Shown: positions 18,968 through 28,197, counted from the stretch's first letter. The stretch: DNA of 64,000 nucleotides from an uncultured delta proteobacterium (GCA_963747115.1 CAVVEB010000006.1:138115-202114); one strand, 5' to 3'. Translations and numbers: made by a program. The notes: generated by a model not told the origin, from the sequence alone.

Positions 18968-19939
18968 TCACCCACATTTCGCCAATGTCGGCCAAACTTC
19001 GAAAACTTCCGGACCGGGCGACAAGGCATTTACCAAGTAGACTTTCGTGAATGGGATCGGGGTTTTTGTTGCCAAAAACCGCGCAGCTTCCCGAGCCATA
19101 CTCTCGAACGTTTCGTACGCTAGGTCATGGTACGGCGAATTATAAAGCACGGCGTCGTCGTAGTAGATGAGGAGCCTTATGTCGCTGCTCTCGGACTTTC
19201 CATAGTGGCAGATTTTCTTGTCGAATATGTTCTTAAGAGCCCGTACGGCGTTTTCTGAGGAATAGGCGCCGCCGTCGGCCGGAAATTTGGTCCAACTCGG
19301 TGCCTGAGCCTCGCGCAAAATATTCACTCCTTGCGCTTCAGCCCAAACTTTGACGTCTTCGTGGAATTGTCGAAGGAGACCCTGCGAATCGGGATCGGAC
19401 CAAGCTCGTTCAATAGCCTCACCGATTGCCCTCTCTTGATACGAATCGCGAGGTAGGAACAGGGCACTCCTGACGTACTTTTGAAGAGTGGGGTATTCAG
19501 CGAACTCGGTTAGTGGCAAGTAGCAATTACCGTGTTCGAACAGTTCACTACAGTTTCGATCGATTTTTGCGGTCAAGCGCCCAAATTCATTCTTGAAGAC
19601 GTCCATATCTTTATCGCGAAACCGTACCTCTTTGACCTGGATCATCACGTAAGCAAAGTTGCTCGGTTCCGGTATTGAGGAGGCCGAGAACACCCTTTGA
19701 AGCGCGCTCCGAAGCTTCTCTTTTCGCTTTGCGGTCGCCGCTTGTAACGGCTCAAGCCATTCGCCTAGCTGAAATCCTATCTCGCCTCCGTTCTTAAGCT
19801 TCGCCAGGACATCCGCCGGCTCTTTGGGCGCAGGTCCGTAAGCCTCCATCCGATCTCCGAAGGAGGGATATGCATCGATGAAGCATCTGAAAACGGCGAG
19901 TTCGTGCTGTTTCTGATTCGGATCCGAGTCTGTTCGCAT
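18968..19939 (-). CDS. Hypothetical protein (cassette cargo)
   Basis: 323-aa ORF in a lower-GC segment. No recognisable family. The N-terminal ...EPADVLAKLKNGGEIGFQLGEW is weakly reminiscent of a PD-(D/E)xK nuclease core; this is speculative. Confidence 0.35.
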   Translation of the reverse strand: MRTDSDPNQKQHELAVFRCFIDAYPSFGDRMEAYGPAPKEPADVLAKLKNGGEIGFQLGEWLEPLQAATAKRKEKLRSALQRVFSASSIPEPSNFAYVMIQVKEVRFRDKDMDVFKNEFGRLTAKIDRNCSELFEHGNCYLPLTEFAEYPTLQKYVRSALFLPRDSYQERAIGEAIERAWSDPDSQGLLRQFHEDVKVWAEAQGVNILREAQAPSWTKFPADGGAYSSENAVRALKNIFDKKICHYGKSESSDIRLLIYYDDAVLYNSPYHDLAYETFESMAREAARFLATKTPIPFTKVYLVNALSPGPEVFEVWPTLAKCG

Positions 19940-20033
19940 AGAAACGCTTCTGGCAGCTGTGATGCCAGCATCAAACCGCTATTAGGCTACTCTATTGAGA
20001 TTAGTGTTTCACGGAGAAAACGGAAATCCGGCC

Positions 20034-20642
20034 TTAAAAAAGGCCTTCCAGCTTGATCTCTCCCGCCGCGATGCGGCCAAGAGTCTCCACGTAGATCGCG
20101 TGCTCGGCTTCCAGCACTCGCGCACCTAAAGTCTCGACGGTGTCGCCGGGCCGCACCGGAACTTTTTTTTGCGCCAGAATCTTGCCGCGATCGTATTCCG
20201 CATCTGCCAGATGAACGGTGACACCGTCTTCCTTGTCGCCGGATTCCAGCACCGCCGCATGCACGCGCTCTCCATACATTCCTTTGCCGCCGAATTTCGG
20301 CAACAGCGCGGGATGGATGTTGAGCACGCGGCCGCGATAACGCGCGAGCGTTTTCGGCCCCAGCTTTTTCATGTAGCCGGCGAGGACGACGACATTCACC
20401 TGATACTTTTCGAGCGTCTCGAGGATCGCTTCATCGAGGCGACCCGGATCGGGATGAACGTGCGCGCTCAGATGGAACGCGGGAACCCGCGCCGCCATCG
20501 CGCGATCGAGAACCATCGCATCTGAGTTGTTGCTGATGACCACGCGCGGTTCGGCGTCGAGCCTGCCCTCGCGGCAGGCGTCGAGAATCGCCTGCACGTT
20601 GCTGCCGCCGTGCGAGGCCATAAATCCGAGCCGCAGTTTCAT
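20034..20642 (-). CDS. purN: Phosphoribosylglycinamide formyltransferase
   Basis: MKLRLGFMASHGGSNVQAILDA..., VVLAGYMKKL, LNIHPALLPKFGGKGMYG, GVTVHLADAEYDRGKILAQ are classical PurN blocks. I place the start at the ATG at 20642. Confidence 0.9.
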   Translation of the reverse strand: MKLRLGFMASHGGSNVQAILDACREGRLDAEPRVVISNNSDAMVLDRAMAARVPAFHLSAHVHPDPGRLDEAILETLEKYQVNVVVLAGYMKKLGPKTLARYRGRVLNIHPALLPKFGGKGMYGERVHAAVLESGDKEDGVTVHLADAEYDRGKILAQKKVPVRPGDTVETLGARVLEAEHAIYVETLGRIAAGEIKLEGLF

Positions 20643-20685
20643 CGCCCCGGCATTATAGCCCGGCATGGTAGAATGACGAGGAGTC

Positions 20686-21246
20686 TTAGCGAACCAGAAC
20701 CGGGCGCTTCTGCGGCGGGCGCAGCAGATCGGCGCGCGCGAGCATCACTCGATGCGGCGACTTTATCGCGGCGAGCAATTCGGAAATCGACGAGTTCAGC
20801 TTCGGATGGATCAGCGTCGGCGCCAACTCCGCCATCGGGGCCAGCACGAAGCGGCGCTCGTGGAGGCGCGGGTGCGGTATCGTGAGCGCGCGCGTGTTGA
20901 TCGCTTCTTTATCGTAGAAGAGCAGATCCAGATCGATGATGCGCGGCCGATATTTTCCGCGCAGAGGCTTGCGTCCCTTGAACGGCTTGCGGCCCATCCC
21001 GCGCTCGATCGTAAGCAGCCGCTTCATCAGAATTTCGGGCGTGGTCTCGGCTTCGACTTCGATGACGCCGTTGAGAAACGGCCACTTGAGCATCAGCTCG
21101 TCGCCGACCGGTTCGGTCTCGTAGATCGAGGATTGGCGCACGACGCGCGTACCGGGGATGGCAGCGATCTTTTGGATCGCCTCCCGGTAATTGCCGGCTC
21201 GGTCGCCGAGATTGCTGCCTATTCCAATGAAAGCCCGATGGGGCAT
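20686..21246 (-). CDS. folK: 2-amino-4-hydroxy-6-hydroxymethyldihydropteridine diphosphokinase (HPPK)
   Basis: AFIGIGSNLGDR, SSIYETEPVG, PRIIDLDLLFY, LTIPHPRLHERRFVLAPMAEL. Confidence 0.9.
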   Translation of the reverse strand: MPHRAFIGIGSNLGDRAGNYREAIQKIAAIPGTRVVRQSSIYETEPVGDELMLKWPFLNGVIEVEAETTPEILMKRLLTIERGMGRKPFKGRKPLRGKYRPRIIDLDLLFYDKEAINTRALTIPHPRLHERRFVLAPMAELAPTLIHPKLNSSISELLAAIKSPHRVMLARADLLRPPQKRPVLVR

Positions 21247-21255
21247 TTCTTGACG

Positions 21256-22443
21256 CTAAAACTTAAGCGCCTTTATCCTTTCCACCGCCTCGTTCAATCG
21301 CTCACTCGACACCGTCAAAGAAAAGCGAACGAACCCTTCGCCACCCTTGCCGAATCCCGAGCCTGGCGTAATTGCCACGCCCGCTTCTTTCAGCACGCGC
21401 TCAGTGAACGAAATCGAGGTGTGGCCCTTGGGCACCTCGGCCCATATATAAAAAGTTGCGCGCGGAAGATCGCACGATAGACCCATCGCGCGAAGTGCGC
21501 CGACCAGAAGATCGCGCCGCTGCTTGTAGATGGCGCAATAGGCCGCGAGCTGATCGCCGTCGCCGCCGTCGAGCGCGGTGATCGATCCTTCCTGAATCGA
21601 TTGCGGAACGCCGGAGTCGCAGTTGGTTTTGACTTTTCCGAGCGCGCCCACCAGCGCCGCGTTGCCGACCGCGAAGCCGGCGCGCCATCCGGTCATCGAA
21701 AATGTTTTCGACAACGAATGAAATTCGATCGCGCATTCGCGGGAACCGTCCACCTGAAAAACGCTGGGCGCGCGATAACCGTCGTACGCGATCTCGGAGT
21801 AGGCGTTATCGTGCGCGAGAATGATGTCGTGCTTGAGACAGAACGCGACCGCCTCTTTGAAAAAATCCAGCTCGACTGTCGCACCGGTGGGATTGTTCGG
21901 ATAGTTGAGCCATAACAACTTGGCGCGGCGCGCGACTTCGATCGGAATCGATTTGAAATCGAGTTTGAAACCGTTGTCCTTGCGCAAAGTGCAGAAGAAC
22001 GGCTGGCCGCCATTGAACACGCATCCGGAGTAGTAGACCGGGTAGCCGGGATCGGGGATGAGCACGATGTCGCCGGGATCGACGACGGCGGTCGCGAAGT
22101 TCGCGATGCCTTCCTTGGAACCGATGAGCGCGCAGACTTCGGTGCGCGGATCGAGATCCACTTCGAAGCGCTTCTTGTACCATCCGGCGGCGGCCTGGCG
22201 ATATTCGGGCAGCCCTTCGTAATCGGGGTAGCGATGGTTCTTCGGGACATCGGCAGCGCGCTTGATACTCGAGACGATATGCGCGGGAGTCGGCAGGTCG
22301 GGATCGCCGATACCGAGGCTGATGACGTCGACGCCCTTGGCCTGAACCTCCTTCTTCAGCCGGTCGAGTTCGGCGAAGAGATAGGGGGGCAAGAGGCCGA
22401 GTCTCGAGGCGGTTTTGATCTGCACTTGATCCCTTTTTCTCAA
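21256..22443 (-). CDS. Class I/II PLP-dependent aminotransferase, probably LL-diaminopimelate aminotransferase (DapL-type)
   Basis: 395 aa. LPPYLFAELDRLKKEV...ISLGIGDPDLPTP, NYPNNPTG, SLSKTFSMTGWR (PLP lysine). The DapL assignment is an inference from similarity to annotated DapL-like enzymes and from dapA/B/F/lysA being present with no dapD/C/E seen in the window. Confidence 0.65.
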   Translation of the reverse strand: MRKRDQVQIKTASRLGLLPPYLFAELDRLKKEVQAKGVDVISLGIGDPDLPTPAHIVSSIKRAADVPKNHRYPDYEGLPEYRQAAAGWYKKRFEVDLDPRTEVCALIGSKEGIANFATAVVDPGDIVLIPDPGYPVYYSGCVFNGGQPFFCTLRKDNGFKLDFKSIPIEVARRAKLLWLNYPNNPTGATVELDFFKEAVAFCLKHDIILAHDNAYSEIAYDGYRAPSVFQVDGSRECAIEFHSLSKTFSMTGWRAGFAVGNAALVGALGKVKTNCDSGVPQSIQEGSITALDGGDGDQLAAYCAIYKQRRDLLVGALRAMGLSCDLPRATFYIWAEVPKGHTSISFTERVLKEAGVAITPGSGFGKGGEGFVRFSLTVSSERLNEAVERIKALKF

Positions 22444-22566
22444 AAATAGGACTTCAACCGTAACTTACACATTTTGTACGGGTTTCGAAACAAATGACGC
22501 GCGAGGTTCACTCCGAATCTACGCGGGATGCGCTGGAACGCTCGTTCAGGACGACATCCGGGCGAA

Positions 22567-22599
22567 TCGGAGCTACATCGGAGCAACAGATCGGCAACA
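22567..22599. repeat. Three 11-nt-phased units TCGGAGCTACA / TCGGAGCAACA / GATCGGCAACA in the dapL-like/actA divergent intergenic region
   Basis: Read directly from the sequence. It is the same unit family as the array at 40411-40476. Confidence 0.6.
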
Positions 22600-22814
22600 A
22601 AAAGGTCGCATCCGCCATTGCTTTATTTCACCTAAGACGACGCTATACGGGCACGTATCATTAGGTGCGCTTGATAGTGCAAAATCGCAATGTTAGATAA
22701 TTTAAAGTACTAACGTTGGAAGTTTGTCGCCAGGAAGACTAATGCTCTTGAGCATCCGCTCCCGGCGCGGCTCGATAATCGACTCCTCAACCGGACCGGA
22801 GCCTCGGCATTTCA

Positions 22815-23328
22815 GTGAACCGGACGCTGCTGCCCCTGGCGATCGCATTGCTGGTCATCGGACTCGGCACCCTGGCTGTTTCCCAGCGGCCGTGGGCGCC
22901 GCGCTCCGATGTCGAGCAGCCGATTCCTTTCAGTCATCGCGTTCACGCCGGCGTCAATCACATTCCCTGTCAGTACTGTCATGAGTATGCGCGACGGTCG
23001 CAGACCGCGGGCGTTCCACCGGTCGCGCGATGCGTCGGATGTCATGGCGCGAGTCTGGTCGGTGGCATCAAGCCGGTGACGCGTCCGTGGACCGATGAGA
23101 AGCGGCCGCCGTTCGAGATCCAATGGAACCGCGTCTACACGCTTCCTGACTTCGTTCGCTTCACCCATAAGCCCCATATCAATGCAGGCGTTAAGTGCCA
23201 GGAATGTCACGGCAATGTGCGAGACCATGGATCGAATCGTTCCGGTCCATGAGATCAACATGGGCTTTTGCATCGATTGTCACACGACGCGCAAAGTCAC
23301 GACCGACTGTGCGGTTTGCCATCACTAG
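22815..23328 (+). CDS. actA: Alternative Complex III subunit ActA (pentaheme cytochrome c), interrupted by a +1 frame break at about 23220
   Basis: ORF 22815..23252 carries CQYCH, CVGCH and CQECH. ORF 23095..23328 (next frame) carries CIDCH and CAVCHH. Skipping C23220 joins ...CQECHGNV to ETMDRIVPVHEINMGFCIDCH..., giving five CxxCH sites and an N-terminal anchor. Confidence 0.8.
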
Positions 23329-23345
23329 AAGGAGCGGAAAAGTAA

Positions 23346-26273
23346 ATGTCACACGAGTTTTCCAGACGCTCCTTTATGAAGCTGGCTGCGACCGCGGGCG
23401 CCGCCGCTGCGATTCCCGGATGCCAACCGGCCGCCCGCAAGCTGATCCCCTACGTCGTACCCGACGAGAACATAATTCCAGGGGTGCCGACATTTTACGC
23501 GACGACTTGCAACGAGTGCTCCGCGGGATGCGGAATTATCGCGAAGGTGCGCGAGGGCCGGGTCATCAAGCTCGAGGGCAATCCGGGCGATCCGATCGGC
23601 CAGGGCGCGATATGCGCGCGCGGACAGGCTGCGCTGCAGGGACTTTACAATCCGGATCGATTGCGCGCGCCGATGCTGCGTGGCGCCGACGGCAAACTAG
23701 GAAAAATTTCCTGGGATGACGCGCTCAAGCAGTTCGCCGATCGTCTCAAGGATGCGGCAGGCAAAGGCAGCGATCGCATCGCGATGATCGACGCACCGCG
23801 GGGGCCGACGCGGCAGAAAATTACCGCGGCGTTTCTCGAGTCCTATAAATCCAGCCGCGCAATCTACTACGAACCGCTCCATGACGGGCCCGCGCGCGAT
23901 GCATCGCAGATCGTCTTCGGGCGCCGCGACCTGCCCTCGTACCGAATCGATCAGGCCCAGGTGCTGATCTCGTTCGGTGCGGATTTCCTCGAGACCTGGC
24001 GCTCGCCGGTCGAGCTGGCGCGGCAATACGCGGAGTTTCGCGCTCCGAAGAATCGGAGTGGCGCTCTCACGATCGGCCGTGCGATCTACGTCGGTCCTCG
24101 CTTCAGCATGACCGCCGCCAGGTGCGACGAATGGATTCCGACCCCGCTCGGGGCCGAGGCGATGATCGCGCTGTCCGTGCTGAACGTGATCCTCGCGCAA
24201 GGTTGGGTAGCGCCCAACAGCACGGTCGACGTCGCGGTGCTTAAGAGTTTTGTCGCTTCATACGATCCTGCTTCGGTGAGCGAGCGCGCCGGCATTTCCG
24301 CCGATCGCATCAACCAAATCGCCGAGCACTTCGGAAAAGCCGATAGCGCACTCGCGCTCGCCGGCGGTGGCGATGCTGCGGTCCACGCTGCCGCTTACAT
24401 TTTGAATGCGGCGACCGGGAATCTCGGACGGACGCTTCAGTTCAACGAGGGCGAACCGCCCGAAGATGTAACCAGGAGCGAAGACGTAACCGCGGCGCTC
24501 GACGCGATTCGCAGCGGCCACATCGATGTGCTCGTTATCGCGGGCTCCAACCCGCTCTACTCGATGCCGCCCGCGTGGAAAGCCGACGAGGCTCTCAAAA
24601 AAGTTCCGTTCCTCATATGGGCGGGCACGGTTCCCGATGAAACCGCCGAGGCCGCCCATCTGCTGTTGCCGATTCATCATCCGCTCGAATCGTGGCGGGA
24701 TATTTTCCCTCGCGCGGGAGTGCATGGCCTGGGACAGCCGGTGATGCAGCCGGTCTTCGCGAGCAAGCCGCTCGGAGACATTCTGATCGCACTGGCGAAT
24801 CAAAGTGGTGCACCGCCGCTCGCCTGGAAGGACGCTGCCGACGCGGTCAAGACCGAATGGGTAAAGTTGAGCTCGGGTGCGACTGGATCTGCCGCGAACC
24901 AATTTTGGGTAAAGTCGCTGACCGAGGGCGGAACGTTTGCCGAAGCGAACTCCGCAAAAGCGGCATCGATAAGGCTCAATAGTGACGCGCTCAAAAGCGG
25001 GCCCACGCTGCGCGTGATCCACAATCTCTCGCTGCATACCTATCCGCATCCCTTTCTTTACGACGGACGCGGCGCTGACAAGCCGTGGCTGCAGGAAATT
25101 CCCGAACCGGTAAACCAGATCGTGTGGGATAGCTGGGCGGAGATTCATCCTGATACCGCGAAGGAAATCGGCGTCGCCTCAAATGAGGTGGTTGAGATCC
25201 GCTCCACCGAGGGAGTCATACGAGCGCCGGCGCTGGTGTCCGAGCGCGTCGCCCGAGGAGTCATCGCGGTGCCACTGGGACAGGGTCACACTTCGATGGG
25301 GCGCTATGCGAAGAATCGTGGCGCCAACGCTTTCGCGGCGCTGCCGCCACGGCGTTTCGGAATCGAGGTCACCGCGCGCGCAACCGGCGTGTCGCAAAGC
25401 AACGTCACGACCGCGGGCTACGATTTTATGCTCGGCCGTACCTTTGCCGAGTCGGTCAGTGTCGAGCAACTCGCGAACAATGTGACGCCCGGCTACGAAG
25501 AGGAAGAGCTTCCTGACGCACCCTACGAGATGTACAAATCGTTCGCGCCCAATCGCAAACACATGTGGGGCATGACGATCGATCTCAACGCGTGCACCGG
25601 ATGCAGCGCTTGCGTAGCCGCGTGCTACGCGGAGAACAACGTTCCGATCGTCGGAAAGGAAGGCGTCGCGGATGGCCACATCATGTCGTGGATCCGCATG
25701 GATCGATATTTTCCGGAGCCCAGCCGGCCGCAGCCACAACCGCAACTCTCTCTGATGCCGATGCTGTGCCAGCAGTGCGATCACGCGCCCTGCGAACCGG
25801 TTTGCCCGGTGTTCGCGGCGGTGCATACGGACGAAGGCCTGAACGGGCAGATTTACAATCGATGCGTCGGCACTCGATATTGCGAAAATAATTGCCCTTA
25901 CAAAGTGCGGCGCTTCAACTGGTTCGTGCCCGAGTGGCCGGAGCCGTTCAACCTCCAGCTCAATCCCGATGTGACCGCGCGCGGCATGGGCGTGATGGAG
26001 AAGTGTACTTTTTGCATCCAGCGGATTGTCGGGGCGGAGATCAACGCGAAGGTCGAGAAGCGCGATTTGAATGACGGCGAGATAATTCCCGCGTGCGCGC
26101 AGGCCTGTCCCAGCAAGGCGATCTCATTCGGGGATATGAAGGACCCCCGTAGCGAGATGATGCGGCGTCGCGAGGTAAACAAAAATCGCGGCTATCGGTC
26201 GCTAGAGCAACTCAACACCCAGCCGGCGATCATGTATTTGCGCAACGTCTATCACGCGCGAGGAAAAGCATAA
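23346..26273 (+). CDS. actB: Alternative Complex III subunit ActB (molybdopterin-oxidoreductase-like domain fused to an Fe-S domain)
   Basis: Tat signal SRRSFMKLAATAGAAAA; N-terminal Cys cluster CNECSAGCG; C-terminal ferredoxin clusters CTGCSACVAACYAENN, CQQCDHAPCEPVCP, CVGTRYCENNCPYKVRRFN, CTFCIQR...CAQACP. Confidence 0.9.
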   Translation: MSHEFSRRSFMKLAATAGAAAAIPGCQPAARKLIPYVVPDENIIPGVPTFYATTCNECSAGCGIIAKVREGRVIKLEGNPGDPIGQGAICARGQAALQGLYNPDRLRAPMLRGADGKLGKISWDDALKQFADRLKDAAGKGSDRIAMIDAPRGPTRQKITAAFLESYKSSRAIYYEPLHDGPARDASQIVFGRRDLPSYRIDQAQVLISFGADFLETWRSPVELARQYAEFRAPKNRSGALTIGRAIYVGPRFSMTAARCDEWIPTPLGAEAMIALSVLNVILAQGWVAPNSTVDVAVLKSFVASYDPASVSERAGISADRINQIAEHFGKADSALALAGGGDAAVHAAAYILNAATGNLGRTLQFNEGEPPEDVTRSEDVTAALDAIRSGHIDVLVIAGSNPLYSMPPAWKADEALKKVPFLIWAGTVPDETAEAAHLLLPIHHPLESWRDIFPRAGVHGLGQPVMQPVFASKPLGDILIALANQSGAPPLAWKDAADAVKTEWVKLSSGATGSAANQFWVKSLTEGGTFAEANSAKAASIRLNSDALKSGPTLRVIHNLSLHTYPHPFLYDGRGADKPWLQEIPEPVNQIVWDSWAEIHPDTAKEIGVASNEVVEIRSTEGVIRAPALVSERVARGVIAVPLGQGHTSMGRYAKNRGANAFAALPPRRFGIEVTARATGVSQSNVTTAGYDFMLGRTFAESVSVEQLANNVTPGYEEEELPDAPYEMYKSFAPNRKHMWGMTIDLNACTGCSACVAACYAENNVPIVGKEGVADGHIMSWIRMDRYFPEPSRPQPQPQLSLMPMLCQQCDHAPCEPVCPVFAAVHTDEGLNGQIYNRCVGTRYCENNCPYKVRRFNWFVPEWPEPFNLQLNPDVTARGMGVMEKCTFCIQRIVGAEINAKVEKRDLNDGEIIPACAQACPSKAISFGDMKDPRSEMMRRREVNKNRGYRSLEQLNTQPAIMYLRNVYHARGKA

Positions 26274-27659
26274 GTGGCCGCCGCCGTCGAACCAATCAAT
26301 CCCGCTCCCACTTACGCCGATATCGATCGCGGCGTGCATCGCATCATGGAGCCGCCGGGAATGTTGTTTTGGGCGTGGATTGGCTTTTGCGCGACGCTGG
26401 TGGCGACCGCGGCCGCGCTGTGGACGCGCCAGATTTACGAGGGCCTCGGGGTCACCGGGCTGAAGCAGCCCACCATGTGGGCGGTTTACATTACGAACTT
26501 TGTTTTCTGGGTCGGAATCGCGCATTCGGGCACCCTGATCTCCGCGATTCTCTATCTCTTTCGCACCAGGTGGCGGACCGCGGTTTATCGCCTCGCGGAG
26601 ACCATGACTCTCTTCGCGGTGTTGACGGCGGGACTGTTTCCGCTGGTCCATCTCGGGCGCGTATGGAATGCCTACTGGCTGTTGCCTTATCCGAACGAGC
26701 GCGACTTGCAGCCGAACTTCCGCTCGCCGCTGGTGTGGGACGCCTTCGCGGTCTCGACCTATCTGACGATCAGCGCGACCTTTCTGCTGATGGGGTTAAT
26801 TCCCGACGTGGCCAACGCGCGTGACGCGGCTGCCAAGGGACTGCGCAAAACATTCTACTCGATCCTTTCCTTCGGATGGCGTGGGACCGATGAGCAGTGG
26901 CGGCATTTCCAGATGATGTACCTGCTGCTTGCGGGCCTGGCGACGCCGCTGGTCATCTCGGTGCATAGCGTGGTGTCGTGGGACTTCGCGATGGCGCAGC
27001 TACCGGGGTGGCATAGCACGATCTTCGCGCCGTATTTCGTCGCGGGCGCAATCCTTTCGGGCGTCGCGATGGTGCTGACGCTGCTGATCCCGATGCGCCG
27101 CTTGTTGAACCTCGAAGAATTCATCACCCCGTGGCATCTCGATAACCTCGCCAAGGTGATCCTGCTGACCTCGCTGGTGGTCAGCTACTCATACATTACT
27201 GAAACCTTTATCACCTGGTACGGGCAGGACCCGTTCGAAGTGGTGACCTTCAACATGCGCTATTTCGGTCCGTACGGCCCGCTGTTCTGGGTGATGGTGT
27301 TCGGCAACTGCGTATTTCCGCTGGTACTGTTCTCGCCGCGGATTCGGCGCAGCACCATCCCGCTTTTCATCGTCACGATCTTCGTCAACATCGGGATGTG
27401 GCTGGAGCGTTTCGTGATCATCGCGGGATCACTGGCTACCAACTTCACCCCGTCGCAGTGGGGTTTTTTTCATCCGTCGATTACCGAAATCATGATCACG
27501 GTGGGCAGCTTCGCATGGTTCGTGATGCTGTTTTCGCTCTTCACGCGATATCTGCCGATCATTTCCAACACGGAGCTCAAGGAAGGCATCAAGTGGCTCC
27601 GTCAATCGCTACGCGACAACTATTACCCGGGTATTGTACGAGCGTCCGATGACCGCTGA
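26274..27659 (+). CDS. actC: Alternative Complex III subunit ActC (NrfD/PsrC-like quinol-interacting membrane subunit)
   Basis: 461-aa polytopic membrane protein of NrfD type, in the operon position after ActB. GTG start abutting the actB stop. Confidence 0.85.
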   Translation: MAAAVEPINPAPTYADIDRGVHRIMEPPGMLFWAWIGFCATLVATAAALWTRQIYEGLGVTGLKQPTMWAVYITNFVFWVGIAHSGTLISAILYLFRTRWRTAVYRLAETMTLFAVLTAGLFPLVHLGRVWNAYWLLPYPNERDLQPNFRSPLVWDAFAVSTYLTISATFLLMGLIPDVANARDAAAKGLRKTFYSILSFGWRGTDEQWRHFQMMYLLLAGLATPLVISVHSVVSWDFAMAQLPGWHSTIFAPYFVAGAILSGVAMVLTLLIPMRRLLNLEEFITPWHLDNLAKVILLTSLVVSYSYITETFITWYGQDPFEVVTFNMRYFGPYGPLFWVMVFGNCVFPLVLFSPRIRRSTIPLFIVTIFVNIGMWLERFVIIAGSLATNFTPSQWGFFHPSITEIMITVGSFAWFVMLFSLFTRYLPIISNTELKEGIKWLRQSLRDNYYPGIVRASDDR

Positions 27660-28197
27660 AATCGAATTGGTCGGCACTTTCGCCGAAGAAGAGGAATGCG
27701 TGCGCGCGGCCAGTGCGCTGAAACGCGGCGGTATCGCATTCCGCGCGTTCTCGCCGATTCCGAGCGAACACCTGCTGCACGCGATCGGCGCCCGGCTAAG
27801 TCCGGTGCGCGCATTCGTGTTGATGGGGGGTATCGCGGGCGTCTTGACCGGATTTGCGGTTACCGCGGGAACTTCGCTGGAATGGAATCTGGTCGCCGGC
27901 GGCAAGCCCGTCATCTCGATGCCGCCATTCATCATCATCATGTTCGAATTGATGATCCTGTTCGGAGGGTTGTCCGCCGCGCTCAGCTTTTTCTTTTTCG
28001 CGAGATTGCCGCAATTCGATCCGATTGCGGGTTACTCGGAAAGGTTCGGCGCGGATCGATTCGGGATCGCGGTCGCATGCGATGAAGCGGACAGCGCAAA
28101 AATCGAAACCTTGATGCGTGAGGCGGGCGCTGAAGATGTCGTCCGCGAAGATCCCTCGGCGAAGGATTTGGTCGACCATCAGGGCCGCGACAAATGA
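27634..28197 (+). CDS. actD: Alternative Complex III subunit ActD (DUF3341)
   Basis: 187 aa. The soluble N-terminal LVGTFAEEEECVRAASALKRGGIAFRAFSPIPSEHL is followed by two TM helices. No CxxCH, so it is not ActE. Confidence 0.75.
   Translation: MYERPMTAEIELVGTFAEEEECVRAASALKRGGIAFRAFSPIPSEHLLHAIGARLSPVRAFVLMGGIAGVLTGFAVTAGTSLEWNLVAGGKPVISMPPFIIIMFELMILFGGLSAALSFFFFARLPQFDPIAGYSERFGADRFGIAVACDEADSAKIETLMREAGAEDVVREDPSAKDLVDHQGRDK

Larger units (their letters stand above)
14758..20033 (-). mobile_element. Integrase-less array of small insertion cassettes between purN and DUF1330, delimited by copies of the purN 3' end/intergenic core
   Basis: There are five related junction copies, listed separately as repeats. 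All cargo genes are co-oriented with purN. The cargo looks lower in GC by eye and consists of hypothetical, DUF or toxin-antitoxin genes. No recombinase ORF lies inside. Confidence 0.6.

Noticed and set aside
14758-20033. Possibility that the cassette array is an integron or a CALIN (attC array)
   Set aside because: No intI gene is present. The 33-nt cores derive from the purN/DUF1330 junction and show neither the RYYYAAC/GTTRRRY cores nor the imperfect-palindrome structure of attC sites.
20027-20049. GGCC-TTAAAAAA-GGCC palindrome overlapping the purN stop, as a terminator
   Set aside because: The stem is only about 4-6 bp and the loop is A/T-rich. On the minus strand there is no convincing downstream U-tract beyond the loop itself. 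It was not annotated.
23217-23223. Programmed frameshift or selenocysteine recoding as an explanation for the actA break
   Set aside because: There is no slippery heptamer, stimulatory structure or in-frame TGA at the site. A plain 1-nt insertion is the simpler reading, so it is listed as a finding to verify rather than as recoding.
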